DNA of 63,261 nucleotides, filler included, from Octopus bimaculoides (Eukaryota), in the NCBI RefSeq assembly GCF_001194135.2. It is 5 parts of 4 records of this genome, joined end to end, with 100 filler letters (N's around TTAATTAATTAA, not from the genome) between each part and the next. Parts side by side here need not be neighbours in the genome. Positions count along the whole stretch, not along the records: positions 25,624 to 49,163 come from NC_068982.1; positions 49,264 to 52,408 come from NC_068994.1; 3 more parts are not named here. One strand, written 5' to 3'. Under the pieces are notes generated by a model, which worked only from the letters and a program-made list of their open reading frames with translations, was not told where the DNA came from and searched no databases. The translations under genes were made by a program, and so were the position numbers. Below, piece after piece: positions 37,681-52,350 of the stretch (its first letter is position 1; every line of letters begins with the position of its first letter).

Positions 37681-38416
37681 GAACAGCTGGAGTGTGTAGG
37701 TACAGCTGTAATGTATAGGTACTATTTTGTTGTGTATGTACTGCTATGTTGTATGACTATGGTATGTACTGCTATGTTGTATGACTATGGTATGTACTGC
37801 TATGTTTGTTTAGATTTAGCTGTTTTGTGTTGGTACAGCTGTGGTAGATACTGTTATGTTGTGTAGGTACTGCTATGTTGTGTAGGTGTAGTTATGATGT
37901 CTAGGCACTGCTATTTTATGCAGGTACAGCCTATACAATTCCACAGTCATGTAAATACAGCTGTTGTTTTTAAGTGCATATATTGTGTGTAGGTACAGTT
38001 GCAGAGAAAATTTTATAATGTGCTGTTTTGTTTGACAAGTTATTAAAATTGCAATGTTTGAGACTGATAAAACATTAACAATACATAATTAGGTTATTGT
38101 TATAAACTATTACTTTCAATGCTTTTATACAAGTACCCAGCTCCATTAATAAGGATAGCCTAACCTGAAATTAAACTACCAAGTCTTTTACTTCATCATT
38201 GATAGAAATAATACAGAATATTCTTTCTATCCTCTGGATTTCTCTTCTTTTATTATTTTTTTTTGAGAAATATTTCAATCATTATCCAAACCTTTTTATT
38301 CTGTGAGATGAAATCGTCAACTATGTGGCATATATTCTTATAATCCTGTTTAATTCTGTTGTTTTTTCTTTTTTACCATTTTTTTACAATACTACTGTTT
38401 ATGAAATATTTAAAAG

Positions 38417-38447
<31 letters not shown>

Positions 38448-40264
38448 TTAAAAGATATTATATATATATATATATATATATATTTGTATTATATCCCATA
38501 AACATCTTTTTCTGTGTTAGTATCCTTAGATTCGTTTCTTTTCCAACATTTTCTTCTTATATAGGTTATGTTGCCTGTCTGTGTCTCTTTCTTTCTGTCA
38601 TACTTTTGTTTTTGATTGTTTGTCATGCGTCGGTTTAATGCCAACTCCCTCAGTTTGCTGCCTACATTAAATGGATGATAGTAGATATGCTTATCACATT
38701 TTGTCCTTTTAATATAAGTGCTTTACTGACTTATTATATTAATATTTTATTCCTTATATTATAGTGGATCTTACCTATGTGTGGTCTCTCTTCAATTGGG
38801 GTAACCATATTCTCTTCTAGTTTTCTTCTAATGCTTTGTATTATATTTATCATTGTGATGTACGTATCTTCTCTGTACATGCATTCATCTTCTGTCTGGT
38901 TATTTGTTATTGTTTTAATACATTTTGTGATGGTCCTGTAGTCAAATGTTTTTGGTAGAACTAGTCTTCATAGATCCATTTTAGCTCCTCCTGCTTTCAT
39001 TTATTTGTATTGTGTCCTGTCATGTTTTTTCATTCTTACCTAGGTAGTTTTCCATTTCCCCTTTATATTTACTTGGCTTGCCTTTGATATCAAGCTATTT
39101 CTTGTGATATGTCACCTTAAATTAGCCAACCTATTACTACCAACATAAACTTTTATATTTCGGTTATTTACTTTTGCTTCTTATATGATAAGTTTCATCT
39201 GTGTAATTTTCCCATAGAATTTAATTAATGAATGCTTCAATAACTTGATACATTTGATATCAACCACCTCTGTCTAGTGTATTACTTTTCATAGACTGGT
39301 TTCTCAAAGGTCATTGTCAGTTTAGTTAATATTTATATTTGACCATTAACCAAGTGTTCTATCTTAATTTCACTCGTGTGTTTCTTTGCTTACTAGTATT
39401 GACACAAATGTACAAAGAATATTGATATCTTATTTAGTATTAGGTGGTATTTTGTTTTGTTATATATGAACTTGCTTTATTATTCATTGACTTGCTGTGA
39501 ATAAATATAGTACATATCAAATGAAAATCATTGCTTTTAGGTTTGTAATTTGATTTTTAGTTTCTCCTTATGTAATTACATTTATTGCATCATCATATCT
39601 ATCGATATGACATGTCTATAAGCCAGCATCCAGAATAATCATTCTGTTGGCTTTCCTTCTGTGAGGTTTATAACAGTTTCTGCATCATATTGTGAGCCTA
39701 CTGTACTCTGTTCTCCTATAAATTTGTGTAAGAAATCAATTTTACTATTAGTATTATAATTGTTGTTATTACTGTCATATTTTCTTATATTTGAGACATA
39801 AAATTCTTGATTCCTTTTGTAACCTTGTCAATGGATGTTGACTCTTAATTCCTATTTCCCCACTACTAAAATATTACCTTCTGGGTCTAGGTAAGTGTAA
39901 TTTTCATTCTTCCTCTTGTCGTTTTGTATATCACAGAGAGGCTGCAAACTTTCTGAGAGATGTTAGCACCTCATAGACATCAATATAACTAGGCAGGGTT
40001 GTTATCATACAGGTCGTATAAGTCACCTCAGCATGTATGACTTTAGCTCTACTACTTGTTTATTTCATTGAATTTGTCATTCTCTAAAGCCGTATTTCTA
40101 ATTTCTGCTGATATTCCTTGGACAAAATATGGAATGCTTCATATTGCATTCCACTTTATCACTTTGTAATTATATCTGTATATTTATTATATAGAAATTT
40201 ATATCTGTATATTATATCTGCATATTTATATCTGTATATTTATCAGAGTTTACTCATATATGCG

Positions 40265-41250
40265 TCATCATCATCACCATCATCGTCGTTTAACGTCCGC
40301 TTTCTATGCTAGCATGGGTTGGACGATTTGACTGAGGACTGGTGAAACCGGATGGCAACACCAGGCTCCAATCCGATTTGGCAGAGTTTCTACAGCTGGA
40401 TGCCCTTCCTAACGCCAACCACTCAGAGAGTGTAGTGGGTGCTTTTACGTGTCACCCGCACGAAAACGGCCACGCTCGAAATGGTGTCTTTTATGTGCCA
40501 CCCACACAAGAGCCAGTCCAGGGGCACTGGCAACGATCTTGCTCGNNNNNNNNNNNNNNNNNNNNNNNNNNNNNNNNNNNNNNNNNNNNNNNNNNNNNNN
40601 NNNNNNNNNNNNNNNNNNNNNNNNNNNNNNNNNNNNNNNNNNNNNNNNNNNNNNNNNNNNNNNNNNNNNNNNNNNNNNNNNNNNNNNNNNNNNNNNNNNN
40701 NNNNNNNNNNNNNNNNNNNNNNNNNNNNNNNNNNNNNNNNNNNNNNNNNNNNNNNNNNNNNNNNNNNNNNNNNNNNNNNNNNNNNNNNNNNNNNNNNNNN
40801 NNNNNNNNNNNNNNNNNNNNNNNNNNNNNNNNNNNNNNNNNNNNNNNNNNNNNNNNNNNNNNNNNNNNNNNNNNNNNNNNNNNNNNNNNNNNNNNNNNNN
40901 NNNNNNNNNTGTGTCACCCGCACAAGAGCCAGCCCTGTGGCACCGGCAACGATCCCGCTCGGAAGATTTCATGTGTCACTCGCACATGAGCCAATCCAGG
41001 GGCACTGGCAACGATCCCGTCCCGCTCAAAACATTTCATGTGTCACCCGCACAAGAACCAGCCCAGGGGTACCGGCAACAATCCCGTCCGAAAGATTCCA
41101 TGTATCGCCTGCACACGAGCCAGCCCAGGGGCACCGGCAACGATCTCGCTCGAAAAACCTCATGTGTCACCCACACAAGAGCCAGTCCAGGGTCACTGGC
41201 AACGGTCTCGCTCGAAAGATTTCATGTGTCACCCGCACATGAGCCAGTCT
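40265..41250 (-). mobile_element. SINE-like element with RTE-type 3' tail and internal 62-bp minisatellite (related pieces 12268-12522, 30797-30835, 32134-32186, 48238-48345)
   Basis: Reverse complement ends ...ggacgttaaacgacgatggtgatgatgatga. The internal unit catgtgtcacccgcacaagagccagtccaggggcactggcaacgatctcgctcgaaagattt starts at 40970, 41037, 41099, 41161 and 41223. Confidence 0.75.
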
Positions 41251-42949
41251 GCGTATTTATCAGTTTACTTTCCTAGTATAATGAATAACATTTCTTGTTT
41301 GTAGAGGTTTAAAACATTCTTTAACACAGTGAAAGAACTCATATTTCAGTTCTAACATTGTGCAATATTTTCTTGTTAGATTCTGCATATTTTCTTTTTA
41401 TCAGTTAGTCTAAGAAAAAAAAGAAAAACTCTTCCAGGGTTCTCCTGGAGATGTATTAATAATGAAGATCTTGTCTCTGTTCATGTTGAAATTCTACAAG
41501 TCAAATTCTACAAGTCAAATATTCAGGTTGTGTGTGGACAGTGTCACAATGTCAAATATTATGGCGATTCAAAAATATGTACAAAAATCTGTGTGTGTGT
41601 GTGCATGTATTAGTATGTTTGTGAGAAGGAATCATTATAGAATCATTTGTTTTGTACACAAGCAAGTTTATTTATATTGTGAATAGGGATATATGCATTA
41701 GAAAACAGTGAAATGAACAAAAGGAAAAAAAAAATATTTAATGGTATCTGAACACTATGTGTAAAAGGATGAGAACTACATTGAAGAGAAAGATGTGGAA
41801 AAGGCAGTATTTTATTCAAAGAAAATATGTGAATGCCAATCTCAAAGTGGGAAAGGATATGAACTTGAGCCTGGAAAAAATGAGAAGGGGAAAGGGAATA
41901 GTGCATAGCAAAGAATCTGATGATTTTTGTAAAGTATGCAATAAAAGAACCCAGAGAAATTTGTCAGATTGTGTAAAAAGAAAATCTGAAAATAATTTTG
42001 TAAGAATCTAATTTTCAAGAATTATGAATTTAATCCAACATCTCAGAATTGTCTAAAGTGTATCATGGATTGTAAGGAAACATAAATAAATGTTAGTGAC
42101 AATACTTAGGTATAGAATGTACTCCATAAACTATATCAAATGAGAAGAAACTTATATCTGATATAAGCAGGAAGATTTTAAGATGAAAGAATTTATACAG
42201 AGAGTATTGCAGCAATATAACTGGCTAGTTAAATTTTATAATAGTAGTGAAAGTAAAAGCGTGAAGAAAATTGGTCAATGATGCATATAAGCTTATCACC
42301 ATATTACTAAGACCTCTATCTTCAAGTTTCATTGTTTTAATGGCAGTTTATTGACTCATTTACATTTAAACAACTTATCTCCAGGTTATCTTTTTATTTT
42401 AAGACTTGTATGGCTTGTTAACACTTGTTTGGATGGTTGGTTAACTATTGGTTGCTTCTTGGTTGTCTGATTAATTATCTCAAAGTTATTGTTATCATTC
42501 TTAACTGGCACCGGAATTTGCATATTAACTCAAAATTGCTTAATTGATTAATTTCAGGTTTCTTCATTTAGTTTCTCTTTTATATAATAGACTAGTTGTT
42601 GGTAAAAATGAGATTAATTGATTATCTATAAAACTAAATGTTGTTTGAAGAACAAGTATAAAAGTGACTAATTGTTGGAAAAATTAATTTTAACAGATTA
42701 TACAGATTTATTGTTGTTCATAAAATTACCTCTTACATTCTCTATTGCTTACCTTTTTTATCTTCCAGCAACTTTCAACATTCTCCTATTTCACCAACTT
42801 ATCTCAATGTTGTGTCACTGATTATCTTCAAGTTACTTCAATAATTGATATTCTCAGATTGTCTTATAAGTTTGATTTTTTTCAACATCAACTTCACAGT
42901 TGTTCGATTATCTTCAAATCAATTTACTACAATTAACATCACTGATTAT

Positions 42950-44530
42950 TCTTGTCTTTATCCTGTCCAATGAAATGGTTCTTTAGTGACTTGGAGGTGG
43001 AAAGGTAGTATTTTTGATATTATGAGCATTTGGTGAAGGTGTATTTCAAACTGGTTGACTGTAATTTTTCCTGGAATACTGTTGAATCATCAACTGGGTG
43101 GCATTCCTTTTCTTATGTCTGTATACCTCCCTTAGTTCAGTATAAAAACAACAAATGCCATTGAAATCTGCATCAGTTTCCAGTTCAGTTGTTTTGTTTT
43201 ATTTCTGATCTAAATTCATCTTGTGGATCAATCTTCTAGTTTCTTTGAATTAACAACGTTTAGAAGAGTGCTGGGACAAGGAGGCAGTTCTGTCTAGTTC
43301 AGTTGTCTAATAGTGAAGCAAGAGAGGTATCCTCACAATCTAATCAGTTTTAATGTTATTTTGTTGATTTCCAAACCACTTTTCCAGCTGTGTCACATTC
43401 CTAGTTATGTTTTTTTTTCTCTACAAAGCCAGAGCTTTATTCGTATCTTTTCTTGTAATCCTATCAACAAACTTTCATTTTTGCAGCTTCAGTGACTTGA
43501 AAGGTCTGATCCTGTATCATTTGGAAACTACTGTGAAGTTTATCTTTAACTAAATCATTTGGTATTATAGTTTGTGCATTTCATCATTCATGCAATGTGT
43601 GCATGTACTCTGTTTTATTTCACTGTTATGATGTGGTCTTGGCAATATTAGTAAAATACCAGCTCTTGAGTACAAGTGCATTCAGATCACTTTCTGTTCT
43701 TACTTCTGCTTGTAGACAGAGTTAATGATGAGAAATTGAAAATTCCCCATATCATGTGTGCCAATAATTCTGAGCCACTGCCATATGCTTTGTGTGATGC
43801 AGGCATTGAAATTACCCATTATTATCTGTTTGCTTTTCTGTGATACACTGCATATAGTAATTTGAGGCATATTGTATCACTTCTCTTTTGCACAATCAGG
43901 GTTCATCATTGTAGGAATGTAAACACAAGTCTAGATGACATAGCAACCCTTTGTGATGGAATCTCTGAAATTCATGATCTGCTTGATAATAGTCATTACT
44001 TCTTTAATTTGGTCATGATACTGCTTTTTATGGCAAAACCAATATTGAACATGTTCCTGCTCTGTTGGTTTTTCCCTTTAAAAGAATATGTACCCCATAT
44101 TTTTGATATTGATTTATTCTACCTGACTTGTCTCACAAAGTGCAGCTGCATCAATGCTGATCTTTCAAGCTCCAATGCTATCTGTGCCTGGACTGGTACA
44201 TTATTTTATCAAGTCTAAAAGAATTCAAGGCTTACTTGCCTTGATCTCAGACAGATTTGAATTCAATGATCAGAGAGTCAGAAAAAATACCCCAAAACAT
44301 TTTATTCTGAGGTCTAACAATTCTATCAATTCATTACCTAAATAACAATAAGAAAGGCCATATGGTATAATATAATCCTGGATTTACAATGTCTGAAATA
44401 AATGATGGGATAGGTCACTGTTAAAATGCATCTGATCATGGTTTCCCAACATTGACATATCCCATTGGAGACATGACTGAGAATTAGAACTAAACAACAA
44501 AAGGAAGAACACTTTTCTTTCTTAGAATAT
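42950..44530 (-). mobile_element. Highly decayed RTE-like LINE (endonuclease region)
   Basis: Fragmentary motifs such as NIGFAIK and APE-like blocks with many stops. Confidence 0.4.
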
Positions 44531-47500
44531 ATCAATTAGTTTTGATAATGAAGATTAAAAGTATTATTGGAAGAGTAGGTTTTAATAATTGTTCTGTCAT
44601 GTGCTTCAATGAAGTAAAAATGTAAATAAAACATGTTTATAGACCTGTCTGGCCAATTTAAAATAGTTATCTTCGTTTATGTATTCATATTCATTGCTCT
44701 CTGTCATATTGATATCTGTTGTTAATAATTGTAATTGTGTAGGAAAAACATGTTTTTTGCAGACTGTTTCAATTGACAGCTATTATGTGTAGAGTATACA
44801 TGAGGGTGGGGGTAATAAGTTGAGTGAGATTTTTGTAAATACCATTATTGAAAACGGGTATATAGAATCATGAAAGAAAAGTTAAACATTAAAATGGAAA
44901 TTAAATTGTGGTAGTGTCAGTGGTGGTGATGGCAGTAGTGGTGGTGGTGGTGGTGGTGGNNNNNNNNNNNNNNNNNNNNNNNNNNNNNNNNNNNNNNNNN
45001 NGAAGAGGAGGAGGATTTGAGGTGGAGGAGGCAGAGGGGGAGGAGGTAGAGGGGGAGGAGGTAGAGGGAGGAGGTAGATGGAGAGGTAGAGGGGGAGGTA
45101 GAGTGTGGAGGTAGAGGGGGAGGAGGAGGAGGGGGTAATAATAATAAAAATAATGGTAATGGTTTTAGGAATGATCTTGATGGTGGAAAGGATGAATATG
45201 AGGGTGTCAATGTAGAGTGGAGGATGGAAACGTAGTAGACCATCAGACAAAATCTTGTCGTATTTGGTTATGTCCTCCAACTTAATTTTACTTTCATGAT
45301 TTCAAGTTCAATAAAATAAGTACCAGTCTAGAAATATTGAGCTTATATAAATCACATGTACCTCTGAAGATGGTGCCTTTCACAGTATGGCTACAGTCTA
45401 ATCATTGAAATCAGTAAAATTGTACAAGAATGTCATAGTTGTGTCCTTTCCATTCAGTTGACTATTACACAAAATTAAATAAAGCTAACTCTCCTGTGTT
45501 TGCTATTAGCTTTTCAATCTTAACTGTTTTAATACTTGTATCATTGAGTTTTAGAATTAATTTAGCAGAAATATGGCCATAGATAGTATGAATTTTTCCC
45601 AAGAGAAATAAAACTTTGGAGCTTTGGAGAAGAATTTTAATATTGTATTATATGTTACATGATACGCTATTTGTTTATTACTCCATATATTTATCTAGTT
45701 TTTTTTATTCTAGGTTCAAAACTTTATTAGCAAAAGATCTTTTTCTTGTTTTTTTTAATATGTTTTAGTATCCAAAAATCACTTTCCTAAGTTATTTAAC
45801 TTCATTAATCTTCTGCAAACTAGCTAATTCAAGAATGCACACAAGGTTTAGGTGTCTGGTTATGAGAACAAGTTGAAATGATACACGATGTGAACTGCTG
45901 TATCCAAACGAGAAGTTGTTATGGTGAAATAAGCAGGATTAAAGAAGCTGTGTCCAACATCCATGTTCAATTTCAAACTTAACTAGAGTTCACTTAATTG
46001 TGGTAAAGCACTAGGTCACAGTTTAGGTGAAACTTGGAAGCTCTTTTCTTATGCCTCTACTCAAAATATTTAAGCAGCTTCCAATTTTTATATAAAATCC
46101 TAATTTTTACTTTCAAATACTCTATTAGGATTTACTTTATAAATCTAATAAGGATTTATTCCCTTCTTGTGATTCAATTAATTATTAAAGTTGGTATAAA
46201 TTAACTACTGGCTTACATTTCATCTACTTGTTGTGTATCACCAAGTGAGCTTCATCCAAGCAGATCTATGCTCAAAGATGTTCCAGCTACAATTATTCTG
46301 TCCTATCTTCAGACAGTGTATCAAAGATTGCAGTACCCAATACGTCTGTTCTTTTTTAAGACGGCAGGATATGCCTTTAGGGAGATTTTTTTAGTTTTTT
46401 CTCTAGCAGGTCAATGACTATATAATTGCTCGTCAATGGCTAATTTTCAATTGTCCGGGATGGCTAGTAAAAATCATGAATACTGCCCTCTTCTCTCAAA
46501 TTAACTGTATAAAAAACAAATATTACTGTCATCCACTGATTAAGTCTGCTTTGACAGGGATAGATTCATATTTTTTAATTAGACAAGTAGATGTTTAACT
46601 GATACATTTTGTGTTAATGCTATTAGAACTCAGAATGTCAACTGCTGCATGATAAAATGTGCAGCTTTGTATGAGATATAATACCAAACACAGAAATATG
46701 GCATATAAGTATTTGACTGGTTACACTCTTGTCAAATCTGCTTATGCAGAGAATTTTGTAGTTGTGCAACAATTGAAGCAACTGCTCAACAACAACTTCA
46801 ACACTGACAAAAGTGTCTTCTTACTGTCATTACAAGTGAAATTTCTTTACCAAAGATAATGATTAGTGATGAGATAGAAAACTTTTAATACTTTGCTTAG
46901 ATAACTTAATGACTCAATTAGATACTTTATTGGTAACTGTATTATAATCTTAACTTTTAATTACAGTATAGTTTGAATTTTCAAAATACTGTGCTGAAGC
47001 TTTTACTCTCAGTAACACAGATGATACAACTGTTGCACAACCCAAGTATTCAACCCTTGTTGCACAGTCCCCACAATCATGACTTTTACCAACTACGCTA
47101 CCGTCTTTACTTTTAATAACATAATATCATTGTTTGCATGTTAAATGACACAATTCTATAATCTTAACTCTCTGTGACACCTACTATTCTAATAAGAATT
47201 GATCTCTAAACTGCAAAGCCAGTCAAATCCCTCCATCTATTACATTACCACTGAACTAACATACTGACTCAGTACAGTCAATTTTTATCTGTCTATAGGT
47301 TGTTACTCATGTATTTGTATACCAAAATAACTACAATTCATGAATTCTGTTAACATCCATGTGAATAACACTTGATTTTGCAGGAAAGGCTTACACAAAT
47401 ACTGGTCAGTTGTAAAGAGTTTATTGACTGGATATTTTTAACACTGTGTAGTAGATTTGTCTGATGTACACACATAAAATACACAAATATAAATCTACTG

Positions 47501-48774
47501 AGACGTCAGCGTTGCTAATATTATAATATAATTCAACTGATTTAGTGGCGACATTAGTTCTATGATTTGGTTGAGATCAACAAAAAGTACTGTTACAATG
47601 TTTTATGAAGAATTACATGCATTAGTAGTAAGAGGGCAGTTAAGCATGAATTTTAATTAGACAGAATTACTGAGAAGATTAGAGTAAAAATGCTGCAGTA
47701 GACTGTTGCTGACATCGAACAACTGAATTTGTGGAAATATATGATACTACAAAGTAAATGTTGCCATGAAATTACTGCTACTATTTACATATATTATTAT
47801 TGCGGAACAATTCATTCTGTGGAAGAAATAACTGCTATGGGGGCAAGTAAAACTTTGGAAATATTGACAGGGTGGAACTATTGATACTAGGAATGTACTG
47901 ATACTCTGACATAGTGCAGTCCTCTTGTTATGAGGAAAACAAAATTATTTACGTTACACCAATGGGGCAACAAGTATAAGATATAGTTGTGAAGTACAGC
48001 ATTGTGGTCAATATGGACACTGTGTTATGGGGAGCTAAGTCAAGTCTATTGTATAGTGCTGCAGTGAGCTAAGAATGTAGGACAGTATTGTGAAGTGATA
48101 AAATGGTACTAGTATTGTGGAGAGAGGAGAATGAAGAGTACTGTGAAGAGTTACTTCCATTTTTGTCTTCCTCTAGTTGTCACTATTGTGTATGACTTAG
48201 TAGCAGGTGTTTATTTACATATATATATTTTATACGTACATCATCATCATCATCGTTTAACGTCCGCTTTCCATGCTAGCATGGGTTGGACGATTTGACT
48301 GAGGACTGGTGAAACCTGATGGCAACACCAGGCTCCAGTCTATATNNNNNNNNNNNNNNNNNNNNNNNNNNNNNNNNNNNNNNNNNNNNNNNNNNNNNNN
48401 NNNNNNNNNNNNNNNNNNNNNNNNNNNNNNNNNNNNNNNNNNNNNNNNNNNNNNNNNNNNNNNNNNNNNNNNNNNNNNNNNNNNNNNNNNNNNNNNNNNN
48501 NNNNNNNNNNNNNNNNNNNNNNNNNNNNNNNNNNNNNNNNNNNNNNNNNNNNNNNNNNNNNNNNNNNNNNNNNNNNNNNNNNNNNNNNNNNNNNNNNNNN
48601 NNNNNNNNNNNNNNNNNNNNNNNNNNNNNNNNNNNNNNNNNNNNNNNNNNNNNNNNNNNNNNNNNNNNNNNTGAGTGGATTTGGTAGATGATAACTGAAA
48701 GAAGCTGGTTGTGTGTGTGTGTGTGTGCGTGTGTGCGTGTGTGTGTGTGTGTGTGCGTGTGTGTGTGTGTGTGT

Positions 48775-48880
48775 GCAGGACAGCTGACCTCTATGATGGT
48801 ACATACTTTCTCTTGCCTGTCCCAGACAAAAATATCCAGCCTGTTATGTCAAGAGCAGGAGACAGCAAGAGCAGGAGAGG
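48775..48880 (-). mobile_element. R4/Dong RLE fragment
   Basis: HNRLDIFVWDRQEKVCTIIEVSCP. Confidence 0.7.
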
Positions 48881-48938
48881 GATGGTGATAAGTGCCAGGG
48901 TATATTGCAAGGAACAGGGATGATGATGATGATGATAG

Positions 48939-48972
<34 letters not shown>

Positions 48973-49105
48973 TAGAATGTTTTATGCTTTTACTGGACTT
49001 GTCAACCACTCCTAGACATGCAGTCTGAGTACTTGAACACAGATGTCATGGTCACCATCCTATATATGGGTGCCCTAAATTTTTGAATTTGTAATTATGC
49101 TGGAA

Positions 49106-49163
<58 letters not shown>

Positions 49164-49419
49164 NNNNNNNNNNNNNNNNNNNNNNNNNNNNNNNNNNNNN
49201 NNNNNNNTTAATTAATTAANNNNNNNNNNNNNNNNNNNNNNNNNNNNNNNNNNNNNNNNNNNNACTTTATTTTTTCTGTCTCCGATGAAGGGAAGTACTG
49301 GATTTTCCCAGAAACAGCTGTAAGACTCTATCCATAAAAATCTTCAACCTTACCTTTGCTCTCTTTATCTTTTTGTTTTTATATATTTACATATGTATAT
49401 ATTTATATGTATGTGTATG

Positions 49420-49640
49420 TATATGTTTGTGTGTCTGTGTTTGTTCCCACCCCACCCAAACATCGCTTGACAACCGATACTGGTGTGTTTACATCCCCGT
49501 AACTTAGTGATCCGGCAAAAGAGACCGATAAAATAAGTACTTGGTTTTAGTCCTGGGGTCGATTTGCTCGACTAAAGGCGGTGCTCCAGCATGGCCGCAG
49601 TCAAATGACTGAAACAAGTAAAAGAATAAAAGAATAAAAA
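49420..49640 (+). mobile_element. SINE family A, 3' half
   Basis: catcgcttgacaaccga...gactgaaacaagtaaaagaataaaag. Confidence 0.8.
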
Positions 49641-50559
49641 AACTATACTGCTTAGAAGTTGCATCTATGCATTACACTCTCATTTTTGAGCACACATTTT
49701 ATTGTAAGTTTCATTTATAATAGCTTGAAATGAAATGGCCCTTTAAATTAACTGCGTTTGATTTGGTCAAGAATTTAATTAGTTTGTGGGTGTAGAATTT
49801 ATCGCAAAAAGTAAAATATTAACCTGAAGAATATTATTCGCGACAGATACTTCGGTGGAAGTCTGTTAATAACATTTCAGAAAGAAATTAGTGATTACTT
49901 TTATTTCAGATATGATACGTAATACACAGAAAATTTCAAACTGTATCACTTTCTCCACACAGCTATAATTCAAGCAAATAACACAGGACTCCTATTTTTA
50001 TATTTCATGACGAGATTTATATTTCTTTTCTAGTATAGTAGATACATTCACTTTCCAAATGTTGACAAGACAAGGAAGATTGAAAAGCTTCTTACTTTGG
50101 TGTCTGCAACAAATAAATGTAAATGATAATTGCATTGGACTAAAAATTAGCTTGGTATGTATGAATGTTAATATTTCTTTCGTTATATCATGTGTCACAA
50201 TGATAAAAAATATTTTTTTCTATTTATATTGAAAAATATCGGATTATGAGTAAATATTCTTTGTGGTAATTGCTGTGTTGTATTTCACGTAAGACGCCAG
50301 TGAATTTCTGTTGAATACAGATAGAACAATATTAATACTCGGGATCGATAAAATAAGGACCAGTCAAGTATTGGGGTCAATATAATTGACTTACCCCGTT
50401 CCCAAAAATTACTAACTTCGTCATGCATTGTAGATGGAAAATGCAGCGGAGTATTTAGTCATCTGTCACGTCACAAGGACTTCAGACAACAATACATTCC
50501 TTAAAATGTGCGCAGTACTTATCAAGGTTGATTTTTGTATGATTTTTGCATGGTATTCC

Positions 50560-51900
50560 CAACCGCTTTAAGAAGTTTCGAAATTTCAATAGGATTGACC
50601 CTAATACCTTTATAACAACTGTTATCACTTTTACATTACCCTCTCGCATTACAAACAGTTTTGCAATCTGTACTTTCAGTTCGGAGTACTTAGTGATTTT
50701 TTCAACCTTGCAATATTCATGTTATTTGGTATATCAATGATATGACAGTATTTGTCTTTCTTGTCCAATACGATCATGTCCGATCGGCAATGTTCAATTA
50801 CTGTATCAGTCTGAAAATGATAATCTCAGAATATCGTTGCTTTCTCATCCTCTTGCATTACTTTACTAGCCTCATGTCCATAACAATTCTTTCTTATTTC
50901 GTATTGGTATATACGATATAAAAGCCAATGAAGGCACAGACTTTATCACCGTGGCGCTAGTATTCTTTTAGTGCAAGACTTTTCCACATCCTTTTCTCAT
51001 AGTTTGCATTTGTGGGTGTTGGAAATTTTGTAGACGATATTATACTTTACCGAATTAGTAACAAGAACTTGGTCTTGTGCTTCAATTATAAGCTTTCACA
51101 CCTTGTTTAAGTCTTGTCCGTGAAGTTTTACCCTTGATTTCCGGTGTATCTCTTTCTAACTGACCACGCATTCTTATTTCCAGAAGATCTTTTCTCTCCT
51201 CTTCAGCTCATTGGTTATGTATTTCATTTTCATTTAAACACATATCTTCTGCTACATATCGCAGCAACTCTTCGCCGACGTTTACCAAATATTCTGCAAG
51301 AGTTCTCCTTCAACTTCTTATACAATAATCAACACTGATGAAACCTCCACCATCATTTTTCTCTTCGTATACATTCTATATATATTTCCTTCAGGATGTA
51401 AAACTCCATACAACATCATTAACTTTCTCGTCTTTCTATCCAACTTTGAAATTTCTTCATTAGTTCATCTGAGAATGGACGCACTTTATCTAACCACTGC
51501 AGCTGCTCAGTGTTGAGTTCTAAAATCCCCAAATACTTGTATCTACTATCTCCTAGTTCCCTCATGGTTTCTCCGGTGACAGCTTTCTTCCCACTTTTCA
51601 TACTGATCACTGAGCTTTTGGAACTCCCAAATTCTATACCCATGTCACTGCAACATTGGATTATTTTAACCAAAGAATTTATCTGATTTTAGATGACTTT
51701 CAAAGTTTCGGGTCATCCATAAACAGAAGATGGTTTATGAATCGTCCTTTCTTTCCACATTTGCAACCCATTTTAACTTCCCTAGGTGTCGGTGCGTTAT
51801 ATGTATAAGTGCTGTAATTAATGGTTATAATGAGTTACAGATATTCAGCAGAACTATATCATTTTCTTGTTTCTTTACAGATTTATGCATAAACGCAAGA
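50560..51900 (-). mobile_element. Decayed R4/Dong RT-region fragments
   Basis: DMGIEFGSSKS...ETMRELGDSRYKYLGILEL, with a neighbouring INHLL-type block; many disruptions. Confidence 0.7.
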
Positions 51901-52061
51901 TCAGTCAAGAAATTCTAACTTAGACCTGTTTCATTTTTTACAAGGTTCATTTCAGAAGTTTTCAGGGTTTTACAGGAGAGATAGTTATTAATTACAAAGA
52001 AGTACAAGGCACTAATATTCTTCAAAGTAGGATCGTCTGATATCAATGCACTTGTTGTTGC

Positions 52062-52062
<1 letters not shown>

Positions 52063-52098
<36 letters not shown>

Positions 52099-52350
52099 GT
52101 TTCTTTATTAGCCACACAGGGCTCAACACAAAGGGGACAAAATACAAATGTAGAGTTTTTTTCTTTTCGAGGGGGGCGAAAACAAAGCAGAAAAGAAAAA
52201 CAAAAGTGGGGACAACGATGAAAAAAAAACATCGCAAAACGTTTGCGGTATTTACAAAAAATACGAAATAATACAGAAAATTCCCAATAAATGGGGAGGT
52301 TATCCGTGGAAAGAAAAACCTACGAAAAGACCACGGTAACCTCGGTCCTT
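52063..52350 (-). mobile_element. L1/Tx1-like LINE 3' UTR with AATAAA and (CTAT)n tail
   Basis: Minus strand: T-rich UTR...gtggctaataaagaaacc(tatc)n. Clade assignment is inference. Confidence 0.45.

Noticed and set aside
40908-41250. Regular 62-bp repeats as a possible CRISPR-like array
   Set aside because: Units are contiguous with no unique spacers, the context is eukaryotic, there are no cas genes, and the array sits inside a SINE-like element.
44900-45140. Pro-rich/Glu-Gly ORFs
   Set aside because: Purine-rich (GGA/GGT/GAGGTAGAGGGG) low-complexity tract beside a gap.
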